From contig JAUQQC010000012.1 in the NCBI GenBank assembly GCA_030550025.1, forward strand, positions 8,870 to 72,869: a stretch of 64,000 nt of DNA. The letters run 5' to 3'. The notes beneath the pieces are model-generated. The model searched no databases. It was not told the origin of the DNA and was given only the letters and a program-made list of their open reading frames with translations. Both the position numbers and the translations under genes were made by a program. Of this stretch, positions 31,712 to 43,613 are shown piece by piece (the first letter of the stretch is position 1; each line of letters opens with the position of its first letter). This DNA is from Acidobacteriota bacterium. Its GTDB lineage: Bacteria; Acidobacteriota; Blastocatellia; HR10.

Positions 31712-32305
31712 ATGCCACGAGGCAGCGGTGATCCCTCACTCGGATGGTTCCGCGTGTGCCGTTCGCACTTCCGGCCGTTTTTCGTCTACGCCGGTGGGGG
31801 GATTGTTCTGGGCGCTGTGGCCCTCTGGCATGAGTTTGCAGCATGGCCGCAGTTCCTTGGGCTCACCGTTTTGGGCTTCCTGCTCTGGCCCATTGTGGAG
31901 TATACCATCCATCGCGCGCTTCACATTCGAGCGCGATCGGCGCGGATGCGCGCGTTCCTCTATCTCGCTCACGGGATTCACCACGAGACCCCGCAAGTGG
32001 TGGGCTCGAACTTCATTCGCTTCTCGGCGAGCGCGATCGCGAGCGCGCTCTTTTTCCTGCTCTTTCTGGGCGTCCTCCGCTCCTGGCCGAGGGCGGTGGC
32101 GCTCCTCCTCGGCCTGTGGGGGGGATACTTGCTCTACGAGTTCACGCATTACGTCGCGCATTTCGGAAGACCCCGGACGGCGTGGATGCGCTCGCTACAA
32201 CACCATCATCGGCGTCATCATCAGGGAGAGGAGCGCGCGCGTTTCGGAGTGACGACGCCAATTCTGGATTGGCTCCTTGGGACGCTCAGGGGGCTGAGGG
32301 AGTGA
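31712..32305 (+). CDS. Fatty acid hydroxylase/sterol desaturase family protein
   Basis: His boxes EYTIHRALH, HGIHH, YEFTHYVAH and HHRRHH. Confidence 0.88.
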   Translation: MPRGSGDPSLGWFRVCRSHFRPFFVYAGGGIVLGAVALWHEFAAWPQFLGLTVLGFLLWPIVEYTIHRALHIRARSARMRAFLYLAHGIHHETPQVVGSNFIRFSASAIASALFFLLFLGVLRSWPRAVALLLGLWGGYLLYEFTHYVAHFGRPRTAWMRSLQHHHRRHHQGEERARFGVTTPILDWLLGTLRGLRE

Positions 32306-32407
32306 CGCGCCGTTGTGGCCTCCGGCATCTTCTGGTAAACTCCCGTGACGTCTCGCGCGCAAGAGGAGGCGAGGAGCGAGAACATCATCTTCCTTCGGAA
32401 GGATGCC

Positions 32408-33526
32408 ATGGGAGCAGACGTGCGAGATTGGGTGGCGCTGAGTTTGGTGACCGGCGTGGGATCGCGCATGGCCCGGCGTCTGCTGGAGCATTTCGGTTCG
32501 CCGACGGAGGTCTTCGCCGCCCCGCGGTCGGAGCTGCACGCGTTCGGATTGGAGGGCGAGGTGATCGATCGAATTCGTTCGGGAGAGCCACGACGCCAAG
32601 CGGAGGAAGAACTGACGAAGCTCGGGAAGCTCGGCGCCGAGGTGCTCACGCTCGAAGACCCGCGTTATCCGCCGTTGCTGCGTCGTATTTACGATCCCCC
32701 GATTGTGCTTTACGCGCTCGGGCGGGTGGATGCGCTCATGGCGCCGACGCTGGCGATCGTGGGGACACGTCGGCCATCCCCCTACGGGATGAACGTGGCG
32801 ACGGAGCTGGCGCGCGATCTGGCGGGACGGGGTCTGGCGATCGTCTCCGGATTCGCGCGCGGCATCGATGCGGCGGCGCACCGCGGAGCGCTGGAGGCGA
32901 AAGGCCGAACGATCGCCGTCTTCGGCACGGGGCTCGACCTCGTGTATCCTCGAGAGCATCGCGCGTTGGCCGAGGAGATTCGCCAACAGGGCGTGCTGCT
33001 GACGGAATTCCCGATGGGCGTCTCACCGCTGCCGCAGAATTTCCCGTTTCGGAATCGGATCATCAGCGGGATGAGCTTGGGCGTAGTCGTCGTGGAAGCC
33101 GCTCAACACAGTGGATCGCTTATCACGGCCCGCCTGGCGCTAGAGCAAGATCGCGAGGTCTTCGCTGTTCCCGGACCGATCACCTCGCCACGGAGCTACG
33201 GCCCCAACTATCTCATCAAATGCGGGGCGAAACTCGTGCAGTATTGGCGCGATGTCGTCGAGGAGTTGCCCCTGGATGTCCGAAAAGAGATCTTGCGCCG
33301 CGAATCCGAGGCGGCGCCGACCACTCCGGAGCAGCCGGAGTTGCCGCTGGATGAACACGAGCGGCGGGTGCTGGAGCTGTTGCGGTTCGATGCGCCGACG
33401 CACATTGATGAGTTGCTCCTGCGCAGCGGTCTGGCGGTGCCCGAGCTGATGCGCATCTTGCTCGAACTCGAAGTGAAAGATAGAATCAGACAGTTGCCGG
33501 GAAAACAGTTCGTGAAGAAGTTGTGA
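32408..33526 (+). CDS. dprA: DNA-processing protein DprA
   Basis: IVGTR, VSGFARGID and FPFRNRIISG motifs; C-terminal winged helix. Confidence 0.95.
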   Translation: MGADVRDWVALSLVTGVGSRMARRLLEHFGSPTEVFAAPRSELHAFGLEGEVIDRIRSGEPRRQAEEELTKLGKLGAEVLTLEDPRYPPLLRRIYDPPIVLYALGRVDALMAPTLAIVGTRRPSPYGMNVATELARDLAGRGLAIVSGFARGIDAAAHRGALEAKGRTIAVFGTGLDLVYPREHRALAEEIRQQGVLLTEFPMGVSPLPQNFPFRNRIISGMSLGVVVVEAAQHSGSLITARLALEQDREVFAVPGPITSPRSYGPNYLIKCGAKLVQYWRDVVEELPLDVRKEILRRESEAAPTTPEQPELPLDEHERRVLELLRFDAPTHIDELLLRSGLAVPELMRILLELEVKDRIRQLPGKQFVKKL

Positions 33527-33527
33527 C

Positions 33528-36002
33528 ATGGCCAAGAAACTCGTCATCGTCGAATCGCCCGCCAAGGCCAAGACGATCAACAAATATCTCGGCCGAGAAT
33601 TCACGGTCATGGCCTCGGTCGGGCACATCAAGGATTTGCCCGAGAAAGAACTGGGCGTAGATATCGAGAACGACTTTCGCCCGACCTACGTCATCATTCC
33701 CGACCAGATCAAGAAGAACAACCGGAAGATCCTGGCCGAGCTCAAGCGGGCGGCGCGCCAGGCCGAAGAGATTTATCTGGCGGCCGATCCCGACCGCGAG
33801 GGAGAGGCCATTTGTCAGCATCTGAAGGAGGAATTGGTCGGCCCGCGCGAGAAGAAGCCGGTCTATCGCGTCCTCTTCCATGAGATCACGCCGCAGGCCG
33901 TGCGCGAGGCCTTTCAGCATCCGGGGACGATCGATCGTCACAAGGTCGAGGCGCAGCAAGCGCGGCGCATTCTGGATCGGCTCGTCGGCTACTTGGTGAG
34001 CCCGCTTCTGTGGAAGAAGGTGCGACGTGGCCTCTCGGCCGGACGAGTGCAATCGGTCGCCCTGCGATTGATCGTCGAACGCGAACGCGAGATCGAACGG
34101 TTCGTCCCGACCGAATATTGGACGCTCGGCGCACGCCTGTTGGCCGCTGCTCCTCCGCCGTTTGTGGCCCAACTGGTGCGCATCGGCGAGCAGAGCCTCA
34201 AGACGAGCGATTTCGATCAGGGCGTTCGGCCAAATGAGCGACACGTCCGAACGAAGGAGGAAGCCGAGGAGCTGGTGCGCCAACTCTCCGACTGCGAATT
34301 TATCGTCACCTCGGTGGAGACGAAGGAGAAGAAGCGAAATCCGGTCCCGCCGTTCACGACGAGCAAGCTGCAGCAGGAGGCCGCGCGTCGGCTCCGCTTC
34401 TCGGTGAAGAAGACGATGAGCCTGGCGCAGAAGCTCTACGAAGGCGTGGACCTCGGCCCTGAGGGGAGCGTGGGGCTCATCACCTACATGCGGACGGATT
34501 CGACGCGCGTCTCGGAGACCGCTCTGGACGAAGTGCGTCGCTTCATTGCCGAGCGCTATGGTGCGGAGCTGCTCCCCGATGAACCGCACATCTACCGCTC
34601 GAAGAAGGACGCGCAAGACGCGCACGAGGCGATTCGTCCGACCTCGGTCTTCCGCACGCCCGAACGCGTCGCGCCGTATCTCAGCCGCGACGAGCTGGCG
34701 CTCTACACGCTCATCTGGCAGCGGTTCGTCGCTTCGCAAATGAAGCCCGCGCTCTTCGATCAAACGACCATTGAGATTCGCGCCGGGCAGTTCGGGTTCC
34801 GCGCGACGGGCTCCCTCCTTCGGTTCCCCGGCTTCCTCACCATCTACGAAGAAGCCAAGGAAGAGAAAGAGGGCGAAGGAGAAGAAGAGGCCGCTGCGAC
34901 TTTGCCCAAGGTAGAAGTGGGAGAGAAACTGAGACTTCTGGAGCTCCTGCCGGAGCAGCATTTCACGCAACCTCCACCCCGCTACACGGAGGCGTCGCTC
35001 GTCAAGGCGCTTGAGGAGAACGGCATCGGACGCCCGTCCACGTATGCGCAGATTCTGAGCATCATTCAGGATCGCGATTACGTTCAGAAGGTGAACGGAC
35101 GGTTCAAACCGACCGAGCTGGGCCGGCTCGTCTGCGATCTGCTGGTGGAGAACTTCACGGACATCTTCGACGTGGAATACACGGCCGAGATGGAAGCGGA
35201 GCTGGACAAAGTCGAGGAAGGGCGCGTGAGCTGGGTGAAGGTCCTCAAAGACTTCTACAAGAAATTCGCGGCCGATCTAGCGCGCGCCGAGCAGGAGATG
35301 GAAGATATGCGCAAAGGCGCCCCGACCGAGGAACCGTGTCCCGCGTGCCAAACGCTCATGGTGAAGCGGATCGGGCGCTATGGGCCGTTTCTGGCTTGCC
35401 CCTCCTGCGGGACGACGCAAAAGCTCTCTTCGGCCGAGGGCGAAGGGGAGAACGCCTTCGCAGACGTCACTTGCGAAAAGTGCGGCCGCCCAATGGTGCT
35501 TCGACGGAGCCGATTCGGGCCCTTCCTCGCCTGCACGGGATACCCAGAATGCACGCACACGCGACGCATCCGGAAGGACGGACGACTGGCGGCCCCTGAC
35601 CGGCTCCTGGAAGAGCCGTGCCCGGAATGCGGCGCTCCGCTTGTGGTGCGACAGGGACCCTATGGCGAATACATCGCGTGCAGTCGGCGTCCGGACTGCG
35701 CTTACGTCAGGCCGGAGACGCTCGGCATCTCCTGCCCCAAGGCCGATTGCCAAGGGGAGCTGGTCGTCCGACGCTCCCGTCGAGGTCGAGTCTTCTACGG
35801 CTGCAGCGCGTATCCTCAATGCTCCTTCACCGTGTGGGATCGCCCGGTGAAACGCCCGTGCCCACAGTGCGGAGCACCCTTCCTGCTGGAGAAGGCGACG
35901 CGGCGCGAAGGACGCATCCAGTACTGCTATCGGCCGGAGTGCGCTTACCGCGAGATCGTCCCGGAAGAAGAGGTCGCGCCCTCGACGCTCGCCCGATCGT
36001 GA
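33528..36002 (+). CDS. topA: DNA topoisomerase I
   Basis: IVESPAKAKTI, DPDREGE, SAGRVQS and ITYMRTDS motifs; C-terminal zinc ribbons. Confidence 0.97.
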   Translation: MAKKLVIVESPAKAKTINKYLGREFTVMASVGHIKDLPEKELGVDIENDFRPTYVIIPDQIKKNNRKILAELKRAARQAEEIYLAADPDREGEAICQHLKEELVGPREKKPVYRVLFHEITPQAVREAFQHPGTIDRHKVEAQQARRILDRLVGYLVSPLLWKKVRRGLSAGRVQSVALRLIVEREREIERFVPTEYWTLGARLLAAAPPPFVAQLVRIGEQSLKTSDFDQGVRPNERHVRTKEEAEELVRQLSDCEFIVTSVETKEKKRNPVPPFTTSKLQQEAARRLRFSVKKTMSLAQKLYEGVDLGPEGSVGLITYMRTDSTRVSETALDEVRRFIAERYGAELLPDEPHIYRSKKDAQDAHEAIRPTSVFRTPERVAPYLSRDELALYTLIWQRFVASQMKPALFDQTTIEIRAGQFGFRATGSLLRFPGFLTIYEEAKEEKEGEGEEEAAATLPKVEVGEKLRLLELLPEQHFTQPPPRYTEASLVKALEENGIGRPSTYAQILSIIQDRDYVQKVNGRFKPTELGRLVCDLLVENFTDIFDVEYTAEMEAELDKVEEGRVSWVKVLKDFYKKFAADLARAEQEMEDMRKGAPTEEPCPACQTLMVKRIGRYGPFLACPSCGTTQKLSSAEGEGENAFADVTCEKCGRPMVLRRSRFGPFLACTGYPECTHTRRIRKDGRLAAPDRLLEEPCPECGAPLVVRQGPYGEYIACSRRPDCAYVRPETLGISCPKADCQGELVVRRSRRGRVFYGCSAYPQCSFTVWDRPVKRPCPQCGAPFLLEKATRREGRIQYCYRPECAYREIVPEEEVAPSTLARS

Positions 36003-36064
36003 GCGAGCGCGCCAAAGACTGAGCTTGAGGCGAGCCGTCATCTCCCTTCGAAAGGAAACGCATT

Positions 36065-37555
36065 GTGATCTCCGATCTGGCCCGCGCGCGCTACGACATC
36101 TCGGCGTTTCTGGCGCGTCGGTCGGAGTGGGTGTGCCGATTCGAGAGCAGACCTCCGATCCGCGTGAGGGAGGAGCAGATCTCCATCTCGCTCGAATTCG
36201 GGAAGCTCATCCTCACCCTCTGGGGTGAGGATTTCTCCGAATGCTGGCGCATCGAAGCGTATGAGATTCGCGGCGAGCGTCTCATTCTGCAGCTCGGGCG
36301 ACAGCCGGGGCGGGCGGCGACGTTGGAGATCACGTCGGATGAAAGTGTTGAGGAGGAAGAGGCCGAGAAGCGGCGGCGTGCTTTCGCCGACATGCTTGGC
36401 CATCTGATCGAGCGCGGGCTGAGCACGCGCGTCCAGTACATGGCGACGCATCGCGACGACGCGCGACACCTCTCAGGCATCTACACGCGATTGATCCTCG
36501 CGCGGGGAGGGGAACGGGCGATCGCCATCGCGGTGAATCCGGGCGAGCCGCAAGCGCATGTGGATGGCATGGTGACGGCCGGCCTCATCTGGTGGGACCG
36601 CGCCACGAATTCCCCGCAAGGGGCGGAGGCGCGGCGGCTCCTGTTCTTCGCACCCCGCGGAAGGGCGGCGACCATCGCGCGACGCTTGACGGTCTTGCGT
36701 CGGGACGGCCCGCGTCTGGAACTCTACGAGGTGGACGAATCGCGCGGCGCGCTCATCGCAGTGACGCCTTTCGATCAAGGGAGCCTGTTCGATCCCCGCC
36801 GGGTGCGACTTCCGCGCGCCGCCGTCAAGCTGCCGCCACATCCGCTGCGAGATCGCGCGCTGGCGCTCGCTCCGGGACTTCTGCGCGTCTGCCGACGCCC
36901 GGATTCTGCAGTGGAATCGCTTCGCCTCCGGGGATTGGAAATCGCGCGCTTTTGGCGCGGCCGGCTCCTTTTCGGCGTGGGCAACGACAAGCGCCCGCTG
37001 CGTGAGAACTGGGCGGAGTTCGAGCGCCTCGTTCAAGAGGTCGCCCGCATTCGCCATCCAGAGAGCCCGGAGAAGGCACACCCCTTCTATCGCCTTCAGG
37101 CCGAACGGTGGCTGGAAGATGTGATCCGCGAGGACGCGCGTCGCGTGGATCCGCGATTGGACCCGCGCTTCCTCTATCCACAGATTCCGGCTTACGAGAC
37201 CCAAGGCTATGGACGGGTGGACTTGCTCGGGATCACTGAGGATCGGCAGCTTGCGCTTCTTGAGCTGAAGGTGGATGAAGACGCGGAGGCGCCGATGCAG
37301 GCCGTGGATTACTGGTTGCGAATCGAATGGCACCGGCAGCGCGGGGACTTGACGCGGCGCGGCTATTTCCCAGGTCTGGAGATCGCCGATCGGCCGACGC
37401 TGGTGCTCATCATCGCGCCGTTTCTGCGCTTTCATCCCACGTTCGATCTGGTGGCGCGCTGGATTGACCGCCGCGTTCCCATCTATAAAATTGGGATCGC
37501 GGAGGACTGGCGAAAAGGTGTGCGCGTCGTCTTTCGGAAGCGAGCGAACGGGTGA
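36065..37555 (+). CDS. Hypothetical protein with a C-terminal PD-(D/E)xK nuclease-like motif
   Basis: ERWLE...GRVDLLG..ED..LALLELK...QAVDYW; stop overlaps the truB start. Confidence 0.65.
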   Translation: MISDLARARYDISAFLARRSEWVCRFESRPPIRVREEQISISLEFGKLILTLWGEDFSECWRIEAYEIRGERLILQLGRQPGRAATLEITSDESVEEEEAEKRRRAFADMLGHLIERGLSTRVQYMATHRDDARHLSGIYTRLILARGGERAIAIAVNPGEPQAHVDGMVTAGLIWWDRATNSPQGAEARRLLFFAPRGRAATIARRLTVLRRDGPRLELYEVDESRGALIAVTPFDQGSLFDPRRVRLPRAAVKLPPHPLRDRALALAPGLLRVCRRPDSAVESLRLRGLEIARFWRGRLLFGVGNDKRPLRENWAEFERLVQEVARIRHPESPEKAHPFYRLQAERWLEDVIREDARRVDPRLDPRFLYPQIPAYETQGYGRVDLLGITEDRQLALLELKVDEDAEAPMQAVDYWLRIEWHRQRGDLTRRGYFPGLEIADRPTLVLIIAPFLRFHPTFDLVARWIDRRVPIYKIGIAEDWRKGVRVVFRKRANG

Positions 37556-38475
37556 TGGAACGGCACGGCCTTTTGGTCATTGATAAGCCGGCGGGATTGA
37601 CCTCGCACGATGTCGTCCAACGGGTGCGACGCGCGTTGCGGATGAGGCGGGTCGGGCATACGGGGACGCTCGATCCGATCGCGACGGGCGTGCTCGTGCT
37701 CTGCGTGGGGAAGGCCGCGCGGCTGCAGCGCTTTCTCATGGCGCGCGACAAGGAGTATCGCGCGCGCGTGCGTCTGGGGTTCGCCACAGAGACGCACGAT
37801 GCGACGGGAAAGCCGACGACCCCGGTGAGCGATACCTCCTCCATCACGGAGGCGGAGATCGAGCGCGTGCTCGCCGAATTTCGGGGAGAGTACGAACAGA
37901 TCCCGCCCATGTACTCGGCCAAGAAGAAGGGGGGCGTTCGCCTCTACACGCTGGCGCGACGCGGCCAGTCGGTGGAACGCTCGCCCATTCGCGTGCGAAT
38001 CGAAGAATTGGAGCTGGTGGAGGAGGATGGGGTTAAGGTTCGTCGCTTCGAGGATGGGACGGCGGAATTCACCGTGCGCGTGCGCTGCTCGGCCGGAACC
38101 TACGTGCGCACGTTGGCGCACGACATCGGACAGCGCTTGGGCTGCGGCGCCCATCTGCACGGGCTGGTGCGAACGGCTGTGGGCGAGTTCACGCTCGCGC
38201 GCGCGCTCTCGCTCGAAGCCTTTGAAGCGCTCGCCCGAGAGGGCCGGGCGACCGAAGCCCTCATCCCGCTCTCGGAGGCCCTTCCGGAGATGCCCGCGCT
38301 CCAGCTCTCGGAGTTGGACGTGCGCCGCGTGCTTCATGGCCATGCCATCCCCGGACGCGGATTCCGGCATCGAACGTATGTCCGACTCCTGGACGCGTGG
38401 GGTCGCTTGGTGGCTGTGGGCGAGAGCGAGCCCGAGCGCGGCGTGATTCAACCGCGCGTGGTGCTTGAGCCATGA
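37552..38475 (+). CDS. truB: tRNA pseudouridine(55) synthase
   Basis: DKPAGLTSHDVV, GHTGTLDP and PPMYSA motifs. Confidence 0.96.
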   Translation: MMERHGLLVIDKPAGLTSHDVVQRVRRALRMRRVGHTGTLDPIATGVLVLCVGKAARLQRFLMARDKEYRARVRLGFATETHDATGKPTTPVSDTSSITEAEIERVLAEFRGEYEQIPPMYSAKKKGGVRLYTLARRGQSVERSPIRVRIEELELVEEDGVKVRRFEDGTAEFTVRVRCSAGTYVRTLAHDIGQRLGCGAHLHGLVRTAVGEFTLARALSLEAFEALAREGRATEALIPLSEALPEMPALQLSELDVRRVLHGHAIPGRGFRHRTYVRLLDAWGRLVAVGESEPERGVIQPRVVLEP

Positions 38476-38678
38476 AGCGGCTTCATGTATACTAAGGGCC
38501 GATCAGGCTCGCGCGTCGAGCCTGAGCGCACCAAACGGTGATTGACGAAGTCGCAGCGGGATTCTCACGCCGATCTTTGGGACCGAACCACTCGCTCTTT
38601 TGACATCCGGAAAATTTTTTTCTCCGGGAGACGTCCATCCGCTCCCCGCGAGCGGAGATGGGCGAGGAGGAGAGGCGT

Positions 38679-40613
38679 ATGGAGGAGAGGAACAAGAAGC
38701 TGGACATCGCTGAGCTTCTGGAACGGCATCGCCAGGAGCGAGAGAGGCTCCGGTGGGAGGGCACCTTCCGGGAGTACTTCGAGCTGGTGACGCAGAACCC
38801 CAAGATCGCGCGCCTGGCACATGCGCGCATCTGCGATATGATCCTGGCCGCCGGGGTGGAGAAGATCAACGAGGGCCAGCCCAATGAGATCACGCGCTAC
38901 AAGTTCTTCTCCAAGGAGCTATTCGGCATCGACGAGGCCATCGAGAAGATCGTCGAGTACTTCAAGTCGGCGGCGCAGCGTTTGGAAGTTCGCAAGCGCA
39001 TCCTGCTGCTGATGGGGCCGGTGGGCGGCGGCAAGTCCACCATCGTCACCTTGCTCAAGCGCGGGTTAGAGCAGTACACCCGCACCGACGAGGGCGCCCT
39101 CTATGGGATCAAGGGTTGCCCCATGCACGAAGAACCGCTGCACTTGATCCCGCATGACTTGCGTCCGGAGATCGAGCGCCACTACGGCATTTACATCGAA
39201 GGCGATCTCTGCCCGCGATGCCAGTACAACCTCGAACACGTGTACCACGGCCGACACGAAGACGTCCTGGTCGAGCGCATCGTCTTCTCCGAGAAGGAGC
39301 GCATCGGCATCGGGACGTTCTCCCCGTCGGATCCGAAGAGTCAGGACATCACCGAGTTGACGGGCTCGGTGGACCTGGCCGCCATCGGCGAAGTCGGCGT
39401 GGAATCCGATCCCCGCGCCTACCGCTTCGATGGCGAACTGAACATCGCCAACCGGGGCATCATGGAGTTCATCGAGATGCTCAAGTGCGACGAGAAGTTC
39501 CTCTACAGCCTGCTCACCCTCTCGCAGGAACAGTCCATCAAGACCGGACGCTTCGCCATGATCTATGCCGATGAGGTCATCATCTCGCACACGAACGAGA
39601 ACGAATACAACGCCTTCGTCGCGAACAAGAAGAACGAGGCGCTTCAGGACCGCATCATCGTGATCCGAGTGCCATACAACCTGCGCGTGTCCGATGAGGA
39701 GAAGATCTACAAGAAGCTCCTCGATCAGAGCGAGGCTCCCAAGCACGTGCACATCGCCCCATATACGCTGCGGGTGGCCGCCATGTTCGCCGTGCTCACG
39801 CGCCTGCAACCCTCCAAACGCCAGAACATTGATCTCATCAAGAAGATGAAGCTCTACGACGGCCAGGACGTGGACGATTTCAAGGCGAAGGATGTGAAGG
39901 AGCTGCGCGAGGAGGCCGAACGCGAGGGGATGGAGGGCATCTCGCCACGCTACATCATCAATCGGCTCTCCAGCGCCCTGGTGCGCGATGGGATCACGTG
40001 CCTGACCCCCATTGACGCGCTTCGCGCCATCCGCGATGGGTTCGATCAACACACGGGCATCTCCGCCGAGGACCGCGAACGCTACCTGAACCTCATCGCC
40101 ATGGTTCGAAAAGAATACGACGAGATCGCCAAGAACGAAGTCCAGCGCGCCTTCGTCTACTCGTTCGAGGAGATGGCCCGTACCCTCTGCGACCGCTATC
40201 TCGATAACGTCGAGGCCTACTGCAATAAGGAGAAGCTCAAGGATCCGATCACCGAGGAGGAGGTCGAACCCGATGAGAAACTGATGCGCTCGATCGAGGA
40301 ACAGATCGGCATCTCCGAGAACGCGAAGAATGCCTTCCGGCAAGAGATCCTCATCCGCATCTCCAGCTACGCGCGCAAGGGGCGGACGTTCGATTACAAA
40401 TCGCACGAGCGCCTGCGCGAAGCCATCGAGAGGAAGATCTTCGCCGATCTGAAGGACGTCGTGCGCATCACGACGACAAGCAAGACGGCCGATCCGGATC
40501 AGCTCCGGCGCCTCAACGAGGTGATCGATCGGTTGATCCGGGAGCACGGCTACTGCTCCGTGTGCGCCAATGAGTTGCTCAACTACGTCGGCTCCTTGCT
40601 CTCGCGCGCTTGA
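38679..40613 (+). CDS. prkA: PrkA/YeaG AAA+ serine kinase
   Basis: GPVGGGKS, GCPMHEEPL and GELNIANRG motifs. Confidence 0.95.
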   Translation: MEERNKKLDIAELLERHRQERERLRWEGTFREYFELVTQNPKIARLAHARICDMILAAGVEKINEGQPNEITRYKFFSKELFGIDEAIEKIVEYFKSAAQRLEVRKRILLLMGPVGGGKSTIVTLLKRGLEQYTRTDEGALYGIKGCPMHEEPLHLIPHDLRPEIERHYGIYIEGDLCPRCQYNLEHVYHGRHEDVLVERIVFSEKERIGIGTFSPSDPKSQDITELTGSVDLAAIGEVGVESDPRAYRFDGELNIANRGIMEFIEMLKCDEKFLYSLLTLSQEQSIKTGRFAMIYADEVIISHTNENEYNAFVANKKNEALQDRIIVIRVPYNLRVSDEEKIYKKLLDQSEAPKHVHIAPYTLRVAAMFAVLTRLQPSKRQNIDLIKKMKLYDGQDVDDFKAKDVKELREEAEREGMEGISPRYIINRLSSALVRDGITCLTPIDALRAIRDGFDQHTGISAEDRERYLNLIAMVRKEYDEIAKNEVQRAFVYSFEEMARTLCDRYLDNVEAYCNKEKLKDPITEEEVEPDEKLMRSIEEQIGISENAKNAFRQEILIRISSYARKGRTFDYKSHERLREAIERKIFADLKDVVRITTTSKTADPDQLRRLNEVIDRLIREHGYCSVCANELLNYVGSLLSRA

Positions 40614-40670
40614 AGGGTGCGGGGCGACCGAGGCGCGGTCTCGGACGTTCTGACCGCAGGAGGAAGTCGT

Positions 40671-41827
<1,157 letters not shown>

Positions 41828-41831
<4 letters not shown>

Positions 41832-43246
41832 GCGACGCGGAGATCAAGGCCTTAGAGAAGGCGATCGAGGAGATTTGGGACAAAGCCTGCGAACTGGGGC
41901 TTGATCCCTTCCCCATCCATTTCGAGATCGTCCCGGCAACGGTGATCTACGAGATCGGATCTTATGCGCTGCCGGGACGCTACTCGCACTGGAGCTTCGG
42001 CAAGGCCTATCACAAGATGAAGCTCATGTACGACCTGGGGCTATCGAAGCTCTATGAGGTCGTGATCAACGCGAATCCGGCCTATGCCTTCCTGTTGGAA
42101 GGGAACTCCCTCATCCAGAACAAGATGATCATCGCCCACGTGATCGCTCACGTCGACTTCTTCAAGAACAACATCTACTTCTCCAAGACCAACCGCCGGA
42201 TGGTGGACGAGGCTGTGACGCACGCAGAGCGGATCCGCGAGTACGAGTTCAAATACGGGCGGAAGACGGTCGAAGAATTCCTCGATGCCGTCCTCTCGAT
42301 CCAAGAGCACATCAATCCCGATCTCTTCATCCGAGAGGAGCGCGCCGAGGCGGTGGAGAGGCCAAAGCCATCGCCTTCCAAATCGGGGAAGTACGATGAT
42401 CTGTTCGCTCTCGACGAACCGAAGCGGGAGACGTCCACGAAGACAGACGTGGAAGAGGCGCCGCGTCGCTTCCCTCCGAAACCGGAGAAGGATCTGGTGC
42501 GCTTCATCATGACTCATTCCCCGGTCCTGGAGCCTTGGCAGCGGGACATCATGGCGATGATCCACGAGGAGATGGAGTATTTCGTCCCGCAACTGCAGAC
42601 CAAGATCATGAACGAGGGATGGGCCAGTTATTGGCACACGCGCATCCTGCGCGAGCTGGACCTGACCGATGAGGAATTCGTCGAATTCGCCACGCTGCAC
42701 GCCAACGTCGTCTCCCCCCGCAAGGGGAGTCTCAACCCCTACTACGTCGGGTTCAAGATCTTCGAAGACATCGAACGCCGCTGGGATAATCCGACGCCGG
42801 AGGAGATCGAGAAGTTCGGCCGTCAGCCCGGGAAAGGCCGCGAGAAGATCTTCGAGGTCCGGCAACTGGAGAACGACATCTCCTTCATTCGGAATTACCT
42901 CACCCAACAGCTCGTCGAGGATCTGGACCTCTACATCTTCGAGTTGCGAGATGAAGAGGAATGGGTGATCACCGACAAGACCTGGGAGCGCATCCGCGAT
43001 CAGATGGTCGCCGACATGACGAATTTCGGATTTCCCGTCATCGAGGTGCTCGATGGGGATTACAATGGGAATCGGGAACTCTATCTGCGCCACCGATACG
43101 AGGGCATCGAGCTCGACATCGAGTATGCGAAGAAGACGCTGGAATACGTCTACAAGCTCTGGGGGCGCGACGTCCATTTGGAGACCGTCGTGGATGGCGA
43201 GACGCTCGTCCTCCATTACGATGGGGAAGAACATTGGGAGGACTGA
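41828..43246 (+). CDS. spoVR: SpoVR family protein
   Basis: [21 protein letters not shown] and [13 protein letters not shown] motifs. Confidence 0.95.
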
Positions 43247-43352
43247 ACCGCCTCACCACGAGACGAATTCCCCCTTGGCGCTCCCGGCTAGGAGAAGAAC
43301 GACGATTCTCGCGCGCGTTCCTCGGCGGTTGCGACAACCGATGTCGTCCACG

Positions 43353-43613
43353 TCAGCATCCCTTCTCGATGTAAAGGCGTACTAAGCCCTGCTCGTCCAC
43401 CTCGCGCAGAAGGCGATGGGAGAACTTCTTCACCCACGCCTGGATCTCGCGCTGTTGAAACCGGTTGGCCAGAACTTCGAGGACCTCCCCCGGCTGCAGG
43501 TCTTGCAACGCCAGTTTGATCACGCCCAAGCTCCGACAGTCGATCGGATTGAAGAGGCCCCGGACGTCCAGGGTCTTCTCCGCACGGAACATATCCGAAG
43601 GCGTCTCGGTCAT
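43353..43613 (-). CDS. TusA/SirA-like sulfur carrier (atypical)
   Basis: LDVRGL...LQPGEVLEVL...RLYIEK fold signature; no CPxP motif; TGATG-coupled to the upstream gene. Confidence 0.75.
   Translation of the reverse strand: MTETPSDMFRAEKTLDVRGLFNPIDCRSLGVIKLALQDLQPGEVLEVLANRFQQREIQAWVKKFSHRLLREVDEQGLVRLYIEKGC

Noticed and set aside
43320-43358. Selenocysteine read-through at the TusA-like Gly-Cys-TGA, followed by a small hairpin (CGGTTG-TCG-CAACCG)
   Set aside because: Read-through would add about 100 low-quality residues running antisense into spoVR. The hairpin is more simply explained as a structure between convergent genes.
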